From assembly GCF_001194135.2 (NCBI RefSeq), contig NC_068982.1, positions 77,025,573 through 77,089,572 of the forward strand: a stretch of 64,000 bases of DNA. The letters are read 5' to 3'. Positions 36,347 to 50,699 of this stretch are shown piece by piece. Source of the DNA: Octopus bimaculoides. Taxonomy: Eukaryota. Position 1 is the stretch's first letter, and every line of letters starts with the position of its first letter. The notes beneath the pieces are model-generated. The model searched no databases, was not told the origin of the DNA, and saw only the letters and a list, made by a program, of their open reading frames with translations. The translations under genes and the position numbers were made by a program.

Positions 36347-38924
36347 TGTTCTGCAGGATGAAATGAGTGATGGGAGGGAAAGATGTATTAATACCTTTTT
36401 GATTTTTCTCGATAAACTTTCTATTGAAATCCCAGTGTTTTGGTGCACCTAAATAGTCATTTCCTCTACTATAGATTAAACTGACACTTTACCAATACTC
36501 AAAATATTATGTAAAAATATACATTTACCACACACATATATATATTTGGTTTCTTTTTATTATTTGTTTGGCTCTGGCAAGTGCAGACACTATTTGTGTT
36601 ACTCCTTCAGTTTCTCTCAGACTTGAGTGTGATAGGGTTGTCTGTGTAAACTTGGGGATTGGAAAAGAAAATGTTTGAAGTTCTGCTGTTCTGAGGGGAA
36701 ACTCAAGTAACATCAACATTACACTCTCTCTACTGAGATCTTATGACTGACTATGGCAAAGTCATTAGAGCATCAAATGGAATGCCTCACTCATTTCTTC
36801 TGACACTCAGGGCTCTGAGTTCAAATCCAGTTGAGATTAATTTTGTTTTGTATTCTTTCAGGTTCAGTAAAGAACTATTCCAATGTTGTAGATTGGTGAA
36901 ACTGAAAATATGAGACTAGACCCTTTTTAAAGTATTTGTTCCAATACTTTTGTGTTTTGAATTCAAATCTCACTGGCCTCTTATAGGTTGGTCGGGTTAA
37001 TCCATCACCCAGTTTTAAACCACCATTTGGCACCTTGGATGATTTTTAACAGAATTCACTCTGTTGCAAGCATTCAGGCCAGGTTTCCAGTTTTAAGGCA
37101 TTTTCCTCCATCCCTCCCTCTTCATTCTCTTTTGCTCCCCATCTATCTGGGAAGCATTGTTAAGGGTAATGAACCCTGTACTTTTGGTGAATGTTTTATT
37201 TGCTTGTTATTTCCTGTGTGTAGAGCTCAAAGAAGGAAGGGCATCGTGAAACTGACTTTCTTTAGCTAACTTGTAGGAGTATTTGTTACTGTGATCCTAA
37301 GAGTTATGAGATTCACTACTGACATAAAGTGAAACTAAATATGAGTAAGTTTGCAAATTCAAATATCTGCCTAGCTACCTAAAGAGTAATTGTTCTTTAT
37401 GACTAAATGCTTTCATAATGTCAACCACTAATAAATATATAACAAGGCTAGTTTTTGAGATTTATTTCTCTCCACCCACCCCCTTTGTACGGATAGTTGT
37501 CACTAAAATATATAGCAAGTACTTGAAAACATAGTCAAGGTTCATCAAAGGTAGAGGTAGTTCCACCACCAATCTCAGTAGAAAGCCAAATCTCCATTTT
37601 ATCCTAGTTGCAGCTGTTTTTTGTAATCCGTTTACAGCTAATAGTTATTACCATACTGTTTAAACATACTTAACCATTTGTGATATCACATATCATTGTA
37701 TATAATAACTATCTTATCCATTCACTTATATTTTCAGTTTGCATGAGTATTATGGTGTTATATTCTTTTTGCAATATTTATTTTCGAATAGTCAGATGCC
37801 CTCTAATTCAAAAACTTCTTTATTTTGAAATGGTGGTTGGTACCTATTTTCAGCTAACTAACCTAAAATGAACAGTAATATATACTTTGTCTGGAAGCAT
37901 AACACATAATTGAAGCATATTACCTTGTCAATAATTCAGCAGTGCTTGTGTGTGCTTGTGTACATGCATGCATATATAGATATATATTACATAAAAGTAA
38001 GATCCAAGGACCAAGGTGTAGGAAGTAAGATTTAAACACTCTGTAGAAGGTATAAAAAGCAACTTTCAGGAACAATAGTGGTTTATTGATGTAGACTGTT
38101 GTAAATTTTTTCCTGTATCGAAGTTCAATAAGTTGAAAAGTTATTTTATAGTTTGTGGTTAGCAGCTGGGGTTGCTGTGTATGCAAATAAAAATCCAAAA
38201 TTAGGGATAAAATTAGCAGATAAAATTCAAGCTACATATGTTTCATAACTAGCCAAACCTTGGAAGTATTAATTACCCAAACAAGGGGTAATTCGCTAGA
38301 AACTTGTTAGGCCAAAGATAACTTAATCAAATGAAGTTTACATTGTTGTCAAGGGGTCCCATGTTAACTCGTAAGAGATTCGATCAAAAATCTAAAATAA
38401 ATAAATATATATCTCCCCCTCCCTCTTTCACCATTTGCTTTCTGTCTCTCTCTTGTTGCTCACACGTGACCATCTTTCTTTTCCTGCATGGATGTTCAAA
38501 AGATTGGACGTTTTTTCTCTCTTCCATCTTTTCTATTTTCAAAGAAAATATTTTTCCCAGTATTCACTATTTTCCTCTCCTTCTGGTCTAATGACCCTCC
38601 ATGTTTGTTTTCATTCAGTTTCCTTGTATGTCTCCACTGTCCTGTTTTTCTTCTCAACTTTGACCCTCCATAAATCCTAAATTTTATTTTAGAATTTATA
38701 GGAGCAACTGTCTTCGAAGACTCGTTGAATGCACGAAATGAGTAGATAGCTAACCGGCAACTGATGAAAAATCCTTTCTCTGTGTTTGCTTGTCCTGTTT
38801 CTCATTTCTTTTCTCTTGTTGTTTACGGATTTAACTCATTTACATTTTTCATGTTGTTTGCACAGTTGGTGACATCCTGTACCCATATATGCGTATATAT
38901 ACATACACGCACACACACACATAT

Positions 38925-38968
<44 letters not shown>

Positions 38969-41226
38969 TATATATATATACTAGCAGTACCTGTGAATGT
39001 TTTACGGGATTAATGGTAAGCCTATTGGGTTATTTCTGAAAACTTTATCCAAAACCTGAAAACGTACCCTGCGTTGACTGTATTAAAAGATAGTCACTCA
39101 TCTGCTATTCACTGAAAAGTGAAAGAAATCAGAATACAATGCTTATTTAATGTACTTTATGCACAATTTTATAGACTTAATACACAGCACTCATAAAATA
39201 AATATTCACTCTTATTTTTCCCATAAACAAAAAAAATATCCCAAACATATAATTGAACCTTTAGTTAGATTGCACATATCTGCCACGTAAATAAGCATGA
39301 ATATTTCACGGAATTACACTTATGAGCATGTGTTAAGTAACGGGTGATATAAAAGAAATTTTGCATGAGGAAAAATTAATCAGTTTTTGTGAAAAGTATT
39401 AGTAAATTTAGTACTGTATCTTGTCTTTAGATATTTGAATGTTCCTCACCTTTTAATCTTAGCTACATTTTAAATAGTGATTGTATCTCTCTAATCCTTG
39501 ATTAAAATAAACAGTAAACTGTTCAGGGAAAAAAAACTATTTGTAATTGTTTAATAAATTTACTGCTATATTTATTCCATTAACATCAGTCTTCCATGCT
39601 TACATGGGTTAGCTGGTTTGACAGGATCTGGCAAGCCACAGAGCTATATCAAACTCAATGTCAGCTTTGGTGTGGCTTCTGTGGCTGGATACCCTTAATG
39701 CCATCCAATTTACAGTAAGCTCTAAATGCTTTTTTCATGCCATAGCACCAGTCAAGACACCAAGTAACTTCCAATCTACATATAACATAACCAGTTCACA
39801 AATCCATAAACAGAAACCTTTAGAATATCTTTGCATCATGATATAGCATTGCCAAAACTACATCTCAAATACTATGATTCCTACTTAGTACCAAAATAAT
39901 ACCACAGTCCTGATCAGTTGCTAATGCACTACAAACCTCAAATAGACCAACACTAGAGTATTCTCACATCTATGTATAAGAATGGTGTTACTTCACACAT
40001 TTAACATTCAAGACTGAATCAAAAAGAAGACCATTTATTTGACTGATTGGCAAAGATTCAACCATTAACTCTCAGATGTTTTGTTACTCCTTATTGCTAT
40101 TACAATAGCCACCACTCCTACTGTTGCCACTCACATTCACTTGTCCTATCAGTTTCTCTGCTCTCTGCCTCACCTTCTTCCTTTTCTTACTTCCCAGACC
40201 TTACACTAAATACTTTACTCAATTCTTTCCTTTAACTTCAGTCCTCTGGAATACTGTCTCTGTCCATATTTTACCTACAGACACTGAACATCAATCAATC
40301 AGTCCCTCCTGTCTGGAAGGATCTGCAAAGGTTTTGAGTATTGCTTCTTTTTTTTAATTTATAATTCTGTTTTTCCTTTTAAATTTCACAATCTCAAAAG
40401 AGTTTGTTGCATACATCAACTATTTAGATTAGTTTCCTATACACTAATTAATAAGCAATTAACTTATTAAGGTTTTAAATAGTGAAAGTCTCAGATTTAA
40501 AACTATCATCTCCTCTTATTTTACTGGAAATATTCCAAACTAGAGACCATATATTGTATAATGCAGTCTTTTTATTCATTCTATATGGTTCTTGCTTCCA
40601 TTTTTGTGTAGTAAGAACCAGAATAAATGAACATAGAAGGATAAATTTTTGCTTACTTTCATATTTATTCAGATTTACTTGTCAGATATCAAAAATGATG
40701 CCTTTTTTTTCTTTTGACAAATTTTAAAATATTGTTTGCTTCTGAAGACAGCCACACTTGATTCACTGGTAAAATTTTGATCCGCTTTTGCCACTTGTAA
40801 ACTGAGATATATATATGTAATTGTGTGTGTGTAATTCAAATTATTTACCTGTGAATTTATATATTGGTTTTCAATTATCCCTTATCAGCATGATGTTTTA
40901 CCTGTCCAAAACTGATGTAATATTGATATTCTTCAAATTTTGCAACGTAGTAAAAATAAAACAAAAACCACTTCTGGCAATGATAATTCTTATTTTGAGC
41001 CTGACACATTTTAGTTCAACTATTGATTAACTAACAGTAAATTAATGCCTCACTAGTTTTTGTTTATTCTGTATTCATGTCATATTGACATAAGTGGCTC
41101 TGTATCAACTAACTCAATATAAAAGTTATTTTATACAATACTTGCATTTGTAGATTTTGTACTCCAGTTATAATATTTACTGTCATAGCCTTATTTCTAA
41201 AATATTGATTTTTATTACTTATATAT

Positions 41227-41258
<32 letters not shown>

Positions 41259-41479
41259 TAAAGTGACCAAAATCACAACATACTCTCTGCTGGATTCAAA
41301 GCCAACAATTTCGAGATGAGGGTCAAGTTCATTGATTACATCAGCCCTGGTTTCACTGGTACTTTATTTTATCAACCCTAAAGGGATGAAAGACAAAGTT
41401 GATTTCAGTGGGATTTGGACTCAAAATGTAAAGAGCTGGAAGAAATGGCACTCATTTTGTCAGCTCCCCACCTGTTATC

Positions 41480-41710
41480 TTAATATTACAGCCTTTTTGT
41501 AAAGCAGCAAACTAGCAGAACCATTAGCATACAAGGCAAAATGCTTACCAACATTTCATCCGTCTTCACATTCTCAGTTCAAATTCTGCTGAGATCAATT
41601 TTGCCTTTCATCTTCTCAAGGTCAATAAAATAAGTATCAGTTGAGCACTGGAGTCAATCTAATCAACTTCCCTGAAATTTATGGCCTTGTACCAAAATTT
41701 GAAAACAATA
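41480..41710 (+). mobile_element. Deu/Nin-domain-like SINE
   Basis: tRNA-like head with agttcaaattc, then ttgcctttcatc..ggtcaataaaataagta(c)cag (Deu/Nin core-like). Other copies + 36755-36900, 42040-42245; - 56085-56250. Confidence 0.65.
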
Positions 41711-43754
41711 TTGTAGTTTTTTTTTTTTTTGCCTTCTTAAATGGATGTTTTAAGCTACTAAATTAACATCAATTACTAAGAGATATGTAGCTATTTCATT
41801 CTGTTGTGTTGTAAGTTCTAGACACCAGTCATGTACAGTCTTCAACTCAAAACCATTTCAGTTATTCAATAATACCACTGTAAGCATGTAAAGATCAATG
41901 GTTTATATGTACATGGAAATTATATTGCATAACTTGAAAATGAATTTAGCTTTTCAGTTTGTGTAATCTAATTCCAAACCATCAGTAATTCAACAATGAT
42001 GCTGAGTTTTCATCTCACCAGTTGTTGAATCCTATTATTGTTGTTGCTGGTAGAATCATTAGTGTCAGAAAAAATGCATTGCTGTACTTGGTCCAGCTTT
42101 TCACATTCTTTTTACATGGAGTTCAAATCCCACCAAGGTCAGCTATGCTTTTCATCCTTTCAAGGTTGATAAAATAAAATACCAATCAAATACTGGGATT
42201 GATGGTACATCCCCTCTCTTAAAAATTTTTGGTTTTGTGCCTAAATTGTTGTTATCCATCATCATCGATATTTTGATATTTGTTTCTCTTACAAAAATGG
42301 ACCATCTTGACTTTATCCTGCTTTTTTTTTTTCTTTTCTAGTAACAGAGGTTTAGTTCCTAAACAACAAAATAACAAATGAATCATCTCCTTGCACATTG
42401 TAAATTAGACAAATGGTAGATTGATTGACACCAATCTCGTGACACACGACTAAACCATCAAATATTTTCTTGATCATCTCTACCTTTTCCTATATAGAAC
42501 ACATACATTGGCATCATTTGTTACAATCAGGTGCCCTTGTATTCTTTCTGTTCTCTGGTCTCATGTCAATCAGTACAAGTACATAAATTCATACTAAAAA
42601 AGGCTTCATCCTCACAATTCTGTCATATAAACATGAGCAATAGTCTGTGCACTTGCAGTAGCTGAGAATTGTGGTGGTCACTGGTACATATTTTGCCATT
42701 ACAATCAACATCTTTGACTGATTGCTGACCCATGTGGTCACAGATCAATCCTTAAGAATAACAAGGTCCACAATTGAGTCTGCTGTATTTTCCTGGATCA
42801 AAGATGAATGAGGTTACATGTATTCTATTCTTAGAAACTCAAGTTTTCTCCGTCTTCTAACACAGCCTCTTTCATCAATAATTCAGCATTAAGGAAACTT
42901 TACAAGTGATTTCAATTTAACATATTCTTATAACAACTTTATCTTTTAGGATATTAGAATGTCAAAAAAAATTAAAATAGTTATACTTTCATATTCTGTA
43001 TCACAAGCCAATTGAAACTTGTGAAAATACTACTAAAATATCTTTGGTATTAGGAAGAGCATTCAGCCATAGAAACCATTCCAAAACTGATATTGGAGTT
43101 CAGTGCAGTTTCTCTGTCTCATCAGATTCTTTCAAACCATCCAATCCATATCGGCGTGGGAGACAGGCATTAAATGATAATGTGTTGACTTTAGTGGTGT
43201 TCAGTCGTTCATAAGTGGTGAAATTAGACTTAAGATATTAGGTGTCAAAGTTAAGATGAATAAAATCTAGACAAATGTCAATATACTGTGTTAAAATATT
43301 GTTGATTTATAATGTGGTATAAAGTCTGGGACTTATTCTATTATAAACAAACCAACACCAATTGTCAAATAGTAGGAGGAAGGGACAAACATAGACACAC
43401 ACATATGTGTAACCAGCTTCTATCCTTGAAGGGTTTAATGTACCAAATCCTCTCATATGGCATTGGTCATCGTGGAGCTATAGTAAAAGAGCTGGGTGAC
43501 TGGTAAATTCCACCACGGTATACTCCACCATGGTAAATTTCAGCATAGGTGAAATTATAATAATGATAATTATCATTATTATATGTGTTACAATATTATA
43601 GAAGTAAAAAAAAGAATGCATAAAAATATCAATGTCAATGAATACAAAAAATACAAGACTCATTGAAATTTATAAAACAAAGCAAATACTCAATGAGAGA
43701 TAAAAAAATATACAGTATTTACAAGACAGAAACAACTACTATGGAAGAAAAAAG

Positions 43755-44075
43755 TCATGCAGATATTGTAAAAAAACAAAGGAAATATTGAACTATGGCA
43801 ATACAATATGGAAAAATAGCACACATGAAATATAGAGACATAATGAGATAACCAAGATAATCTTTGCGAACCAACTACAGCAATATAACACACCAAAAAA
43901 CAGAAAATCAGAAACGTGAAAATAGAAAAGGTAACAACAAATGAAAAGGTTAAGATTTTAATAGATAGCTCAGTAATAATACCTAACCATATAGAAAACA
44001 ATAAACCCAATATTACAATATCTGACCACGAAAGAAACGAAACAATAATAATCGAAATTGGAATAACATCTGTCC
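43755..44075 (+). mobile_element. 3' relic of a restriction-like-endonuclease (RLE; R4/Dong/R2-group) non-LTR retrotransposon
   Basis: CRYCKKTKE (zinc-knuckle start, 43758), RHNEITKII (43836), then after a frameshift TNEKVKILIDSSV...IENNKPNITISDHERNETIIIEIGITS (decayed PD..(D/E) motif). Confidence 0.75.
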
Positions 44076-44189
44076 ATGGGTGGAATTTACCTAGAACCAA
44101 AAACCTGTGCCCAAGGAGCTGTGCAATTAGACTGAACTTGAAACCACATGGTTACAAAATGAGATTCTTAACCACACAGCCATGCTTGC

Positions 44190-44217
44190 ACCACCACCAC
44201 CACCACCACCACCACCC

Positions 44218-44296
<79 letters not shown>
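44190..44296. repeat. Compound microsatellite (CAC)n(CT)n
   Basis: Read directly. Other long tracts: (CT)n 16831-16881, 29255-29303, 31905-31944, 51985-52048; (TA)n 36303-36341, 38930-38965, 60775-60828; (CAT)n 47168-47200. Confidence 0.95.
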
Positions 44297-44299
<3 letters not shown>

Positions 44300-44825
44300 G
44301 GGAGGATTTGGTTGTTAATTCTTGCAAATCAAGTGCATGCATAGATACTTAGGTTCTTTACTTTGATTTAACCATCATGGCTAAGGCCATTCTGGAACAT
44401 GGTGGTTTGAATATTTAGGGAGTTTCAGTTAATCATTTCACAAATTTTAGATGTGATAGAGAGCAGAGGTTGAATTGCACATTGAGAGCTGACTCCTGTA
44501 AATATAATAAATTATACTTCTTTGGTGATAGATGTGATTGAGTGTTGAAGCTTGTCTTCTATAAATTTTATAAAATATCCTCAATTCTTGGCTTTGGTGC
44601 TTGTTTAAATTGAATTATTTCTGTCTTTAATAATTATAACTGAGACTGGTTTAACCAGCTTCTCATTGGAGATACAAAAATTTTTTATCAAATTTGCATC
44701 TAATTAATTTATTAAAAATTCCTATTGTTCAGTGATCAGGCATGCATATTTGATATCTCATTGAATTCAATTTAAATTTTGTTAAAAAGATTTGGATTTT
44801 TTTTTTTTTTTTTTTTTTTCCATAT

Positions 44826-45216
44826 GTGCAGACCTGGCTTTGTGTTAAAAAGTTTGCTTCCTAACCACATGGTCCCAAGTTCAGTCCCACTGTGTACCTC
44901 TTGGGCAAGTGTCTTCTATAGCCTCGGGCTGACTTGTGTATGGATTTGGTTGGCAGAAACTGAAAGACACTCATGTGTTTGTTTGTATTTATGCATGTGT
45001 GTGTGTCTTTGTGTTTCTCCCACCCACCACTTGACAACCAAAGCTGGTGTGTTTATGTCCCCATAACTTAGCAGTTTGACAAAAGAGACCAGTAAAATAA
45101 GTACAAGGCTTAAAAAGAAAACAGTACTAGAGTCAATTAGTTGACTAAAAATTTCTCCAAGATGGTGCCCTAGCATGGCTTCAGTCTAACGACTGGAGCA
45201 AGTCAAAGGTAAAAGA
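44826..45216 (+). mobile_element. Family A SINE, full-length (left arm of tail-to-tail pair)
   Basis: Head, core, TG tract and tail type 1 all present. Confidence 0.85.
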
Positions 45217-45218
45217 TT

Positions 45219-45398
45219 ATTTTACTTGTTTCAGTCATTTGACTGTGGCTATGCTGGAGCACCACCTTTAATCAAAGAAATCAACCCCAGGACTTATTCT
45301 TTGTAAACCTGGTACTTCTATGAGTCTCTTTTGCCAAACCACTAAGTTACCGGGACATAAACACACCACCGTGGGTTGTCAAGCAATGTTGATGGGGA

Positions 45399-45434
<36 letters not shown>

Positions 45435-45578
45435 TATATACATATACATGATGGGCTTCTTTTCAGTTTCTGTCTACCAAATCCACTCACAAGGCTTTAG
45501 TCAGCCCTTGGCTATAGTGGGAGACACTTGCCTAAGACGCCACGCAGAGGGACTGAACCCAGAACCATGTGGCTGCTT
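45219..45578 (-). mobile_element. Family A SINE, near full-length (right arm of tail-to-tail pair)
   Basis: Reverse complement of tail type 1, (CA)n, core and a truncated head. Confidence 0.88.
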
Positions 45579-47168
45579 AATTGGGAGAGCTCTGTATACA
45601 TTTAGAAAATTAAAACCCTAGCTGTTATAATAAACTTTGCACAGTGACATTATGAGATGGTGGGTAATACAAATGAATATTATAATCACTTGAGAACTGA
45701 GCAAGTGATTATAAGGAAAAAATTGTCTGTTGTTGTAAGGAAAGTATATTTAGCATGCCATATTAATCTAATCAATATTATATATTTCTGGTTTTATAGT
45801 TTTAAAATAGTAAATCAGACAATCAAAGAATGCATCATTAGTTGACCTTATGTATATTGCAGTAATGTGTAATAAGAAGTAAAAAAAAAGTCAGTTGATT
45901 ATGTTAATATTTAATTGATAATTTATAACCCAGCTGGAGATTTTTAGGAAGAAAATTAATAAGGTACAAGCACGACTGTTTAAGAAACTCATTTTGCAAC
46001 CACATGGTTTCAAGTTCATTCCCACTTCATATCAAATTGGGCAAGTGTCTTCAACTATATCCCCAGGCCAGAAACTGTGGAAATTTGTCATATATACATA
46101 GATAAATGGGGGGGGGGGACCATCACTTGATAGCTGATGCTGGTTTGTTTACATCCATGTAACCTAACAGTTTGGCAAAAGAGACTGATAGATTGTATGT
46201 GTGTGTATACATATTACAAATACACCAGATGTGAAGATTAGTATTTAAGTCAATTTGTTTGACTAAATCCCTGAAGGTGATGCCCCTGCATGACCACAGT
46301 TCAGAAACTAAAACAAGTAAAAGCTAAAGATATATTAAACAAAAGACACATTCCTGCAATGTGCAGCTTGCAAACTGTCTGATGTTCTAGATTACTTGCT
46401 GAGAGGGTGTCCACCTTCTTTGTAGGGCCGATCACAATTCTGTGTCAAAGATGTCTCTATAAGGAGACTTCTACCTTTTTTTTTTTTTTTAGCTTCATAT
46501 AACACACACACACATGCTCCTCCATTCCACTTGTCTACTATTAAATACATACAGATCAGTCACCAAGACTAAAAACTTCTCCAGTTTTAAGGGTGTCTCT
46601 TTCATTGCCCTTAAACAATGTACTTCAGATCTAGGTTCAACTCTTCAATTGTTCTAGTGATTAACCCTAATCTATATAAATATGCTACATTGTGTGTGCC
46701 ATTGTCATGGATAACCTATCTAACTTTATCAACTAGTGACCTATCACTTCCAACACTGTTATAATACTCTGAATCAATCAATCAATCTCTCTCTTTCTCT
46801 CTCTCTCGCTCTCTCGCTCTCTCTCTCTCATTTGTATTTGATTTATAAAAATTTTCTGTTTAGAACTAGTTTGTCGAAATGTGAACCTTGATCAAACTTC
46901 AGTTTAAATATCTTTTAGACACTGATTCATTTTCTAGTTACTATTATATAGTTGTGTAGTGAAGATCTTGAACAAATATTCTCTCATTCCATTATAGAAC
47001 TTGCTTAGAATTCTGTAAGTTGCCTGAACTTCTTAGTTTGGGGATAATCTTTATAACTATGTCTACTTTAACTTTGAAAAAAGTCTCAGAAATAGGTTTT
47101 GCACTTACATAGGACACTGTACTCACACTACTTGCATATACAGGTAGGAGACACACACAAGCCAAATA

Positions 47169-47201
<33 letters not shown>

Positions 47202-48785
47202 TTAACGTCCGCTTTCCATGCTAGCATGGGTTGGACGATTTGACTGAGGACTGGTGCAACCGGATGGCTAAACCTATTAGTATTAAACTTAAATTTGGTC
47301 TGCCTTGAATCCTAGTACTCATAAGGCCAGAGCTCAGCCTGGTTTCCACAGCATATATATAAATGACTTAGATTACAACACTCCCTCCTGAATGAGACTC
47401 CAGTCTGTTACAGGATCAACATCCCAGCTATTGCTGAAATTCATTTACAGCTGAATGAACTGGAACCACATGAATTGACGTGTTTTGCTCAAGAACACAA
47501 TACACTGCCCAGTCCAGGAATCAAACCACAATCTTAGAATCACGAGAGCAATAAGGCAACACTTTCATTCAGTACTATTAAACAGGAAAAAATTATCTTT
47601 GTACTAGCATCTCCCCAAACATACTTTCAACTACAATACTCTCTTGAACTATTACATTATAGTCATTCCTCTCGTCTTCTTTTATTGATCATAATGCAAA
47701 ACTTTGCTTACAATAGCCCAACTTGTATTTTATTTTTTAAAGCTGTGTTTGTTTTCATTCTGTTATTAGTGTTACCCATCATATGACAGGTAACTTTAGA
47801 AGTATACTTTTGCCACCATGGGTAATATCAGGAAATATGTTATACATATAACAATTATAATTTAACTTTTATCAAAATTATAGAATAAATAATAATTTTC
47901 AAAAGAAAAATATTTACCTTAAAATGAAACAAATTTCTCATTTGTGTAACTCCTCTCATAACTATTTTGACATCACTCCCTCCCTTCTTTCTCAGTCTCT
48001 GTAATTCTTTCTCAATGTGTGTTGTGTTCTTTTACTCTTTACCTACCATCAAGCCTAGTATGCACTGTCATTTACTGTTATTAGTTTATCATTATCATCA
48101 TTTTCACATGCTTGCATGGGTCAGATGAGACTTGTTGCAATAGATTTTCTATGGCTGCACATTCTTCCTGTCACCTGCTCTCACCTGTTTGTAATCAAGG
48201 TTAATATGCCTTCTAGTCCTTTGAACAGGAATGGCTACAACTGGTCATGTTTTCATAGAAGATTGCAGGCAAATGATATAATTTTTGGGGGTTTTTTTAT
48301 GAACAAAGACATTGTCTACAATCAGCATGCAAATGTCAAAACCTGGACAGACCCACACATCTGGCTTCTTTATAGTTTCCATCTGTTGGCCAACTTGGGG
48401 CTGTTGTGCACAAGTTGCCACACAGTGAAACTGAACCCAAACCATGTGGTTCCAAAGCAATCTTTTTATCCACACAACCATGCCTGCACCTCAAAATTCT
48501 ATATGCAAGTGTATGACATGAAATTTGTTTGCTATATCAGTAAGTATGGGTGGAATTACTGTGTTTATGCAGATGTTTAGTGTTTTGATACTAACCTTTA
48601 CTCAACAGTCAGACAATATCTATTTATAGTTGAAGATAGAGTGATGTGCCTTGCCTAAGAATACGAGACTGTGTTTGGCAGTGGTTAATCAGAATATGAT
48701 GTGAGATGTGAACATCTTATATCCTTCAGCTACTCAGCTTCCAAAACCTCAAGAGTATTAAATTTAGCTAAAATCTAAATCTAAA

Positions 48786-48820
<35 letters not shown>

Positions 48821-50699
48821 CTATTTCTTTAAGTTTTTCTGTTCATTAATTATAATTATCTGTACTTGAAGAACTAGAGCATAGACTATCACAATGTGTG
48901 TGTATGCACACACACACACACACACACACACCTTCTCCCACATTATTATTGAACTATGATTTGTACCATATAATTTTGCTTCACTGATTTTACTCAGAAT
49001 TAAAACACTGCTATTAATCTTAAAATCTCTTTTTAATTGTGTATGTGTGTTTATTGCATAGGCAGCATCGTAAAATGATCTTCAAATCTATACTACTTCA
49101 ATAGATGGCTCCTGTTGCATAGAAATGAATATCTTGCACCTCCTCCTCCTCCTCTCTATACCAATCACTTAAATCTATTTGTCTGAAAGTAAATAACCAT
49201 GACAACATGAAATATCACTACATTGTAAGTAGTTATACTATAAGACTTCCTCGGAAGGATGTTTTTAGAAACTGAAAAAGTCCTAATTAATGAGTTAAAT
49301 CTCTTGCTAAAGATTTTTAAAAAACTACCTATATCATTGTCGTCGTCATTCCAAGCTCCACTTTTCCATGCTGGCATGGGTCAGATGGAGTTTTATTGAA
49401 GTAGTGTCCTGGTTATTGGAAATAGTGAATAACACTGCATAATTGTTGTGAATGTGTGTCACTGTCAAACAAGCAGTGTCAAGACCAGGAAACACGCATA
49501 CACACACACATACACAAACACTGAGTTTCTTTCAGTTCCTGTCTATCAGATCAACTTAGACGACTTTGATTCATCCATATCTAAAGTAGAAGGTAGGAGA
49601 AACTTGCTCAAGGTACCACACAGTATCATATTTTTAAAATTTGTTTATGGAGAAATGTTTTGAATATATGATGATGTTCATCATCATCAACCAGATGCCC
49701 TCATATTATGGACTACACTGTAATCATCCCAGGAATACAGACTGTGATCTTAAGAGTTGTGATTCGTGGAAACGTACGTAGCGATGCATTAAATGTTTAT
49801 AAATTCCATCCAAGGATTATTGTTGTTATTATATATAACATAGATGTATGTTCATTAATATCAAGTGATCGCTCTGTAATATTTCTAATGGAAAAGATTA
49901 GGTCAATTTTTTTCATGATATTAATAATCCTCTTTATTGATTCACATTATTAAGCTGTTTGGGTTGTATCTGTCCAGTTGCTTTGAAGAAAAATGTAAGC
50001 ATAATACAGTAGATATTCCCAGTGCTTTTAAAATTGGTTGCTAAGCTTATTCAACAAAAGTCCTCCTCGGATATACACAGTTTATCAATATATATTTGAA
50101 AGTAAAAATATGTCATGTTCTATACTATAATCACGCATCAAAATCCAATGCTAGTGTCTGATCTTTGTTGTTACTATTATTGAAAGAGAAAACCTGATTC
50201 TTTTTCTTATAGCAGTATGGCATTGTTCTATCTGCCTGAGTCTAGCCTTCTTAAAACCTTTGTTTTAGTTTCTAAAATTTCTTATATACTTTCTTTCTTA
50301 GAGAAAGCATCATCAAATTTGAAGAACAAAATGATTTACTTATTTGAAAATATTTTCACTTTTGAACTATAAAGAAGGCTATTAAAATAAAATGTCAATA
50401 AGATTTTTGTTCGCTTGTTTGTTTGTTTGGAGTATTTTGATGGGGCGGGGGTCTACTGGCCTGGCTGTGTGATTATAGGTGCAGACATAGCTGTGTGATT
50501 AAAAGCTTACTTGACAACCAGATGGTTTCCTGTTCAGTTCCACTGAGTAGCACCTTGGGCAAGTATCTTTTACTATAACACCAGATGATCAATGCTTTGT
50601 GAGTGAATTTGATCGATGGAAACTGTGAGACCATTGTAAATGTATATTTGTGTTTGTGCTTGTCCCCACCACCATTTAGCAACCAGTTTTGATTTTATC

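Noticed and set aside
38980-39400. ATG..AATG|GTAAGC exon-like site, and an ACTAG plus hairpin start resembling a non-autonomous Helitron
   Set aside because: Phase 1 is incompatible with the MOB1 exon. The Helitron 3' hairpin/CTRR end could not be identified.
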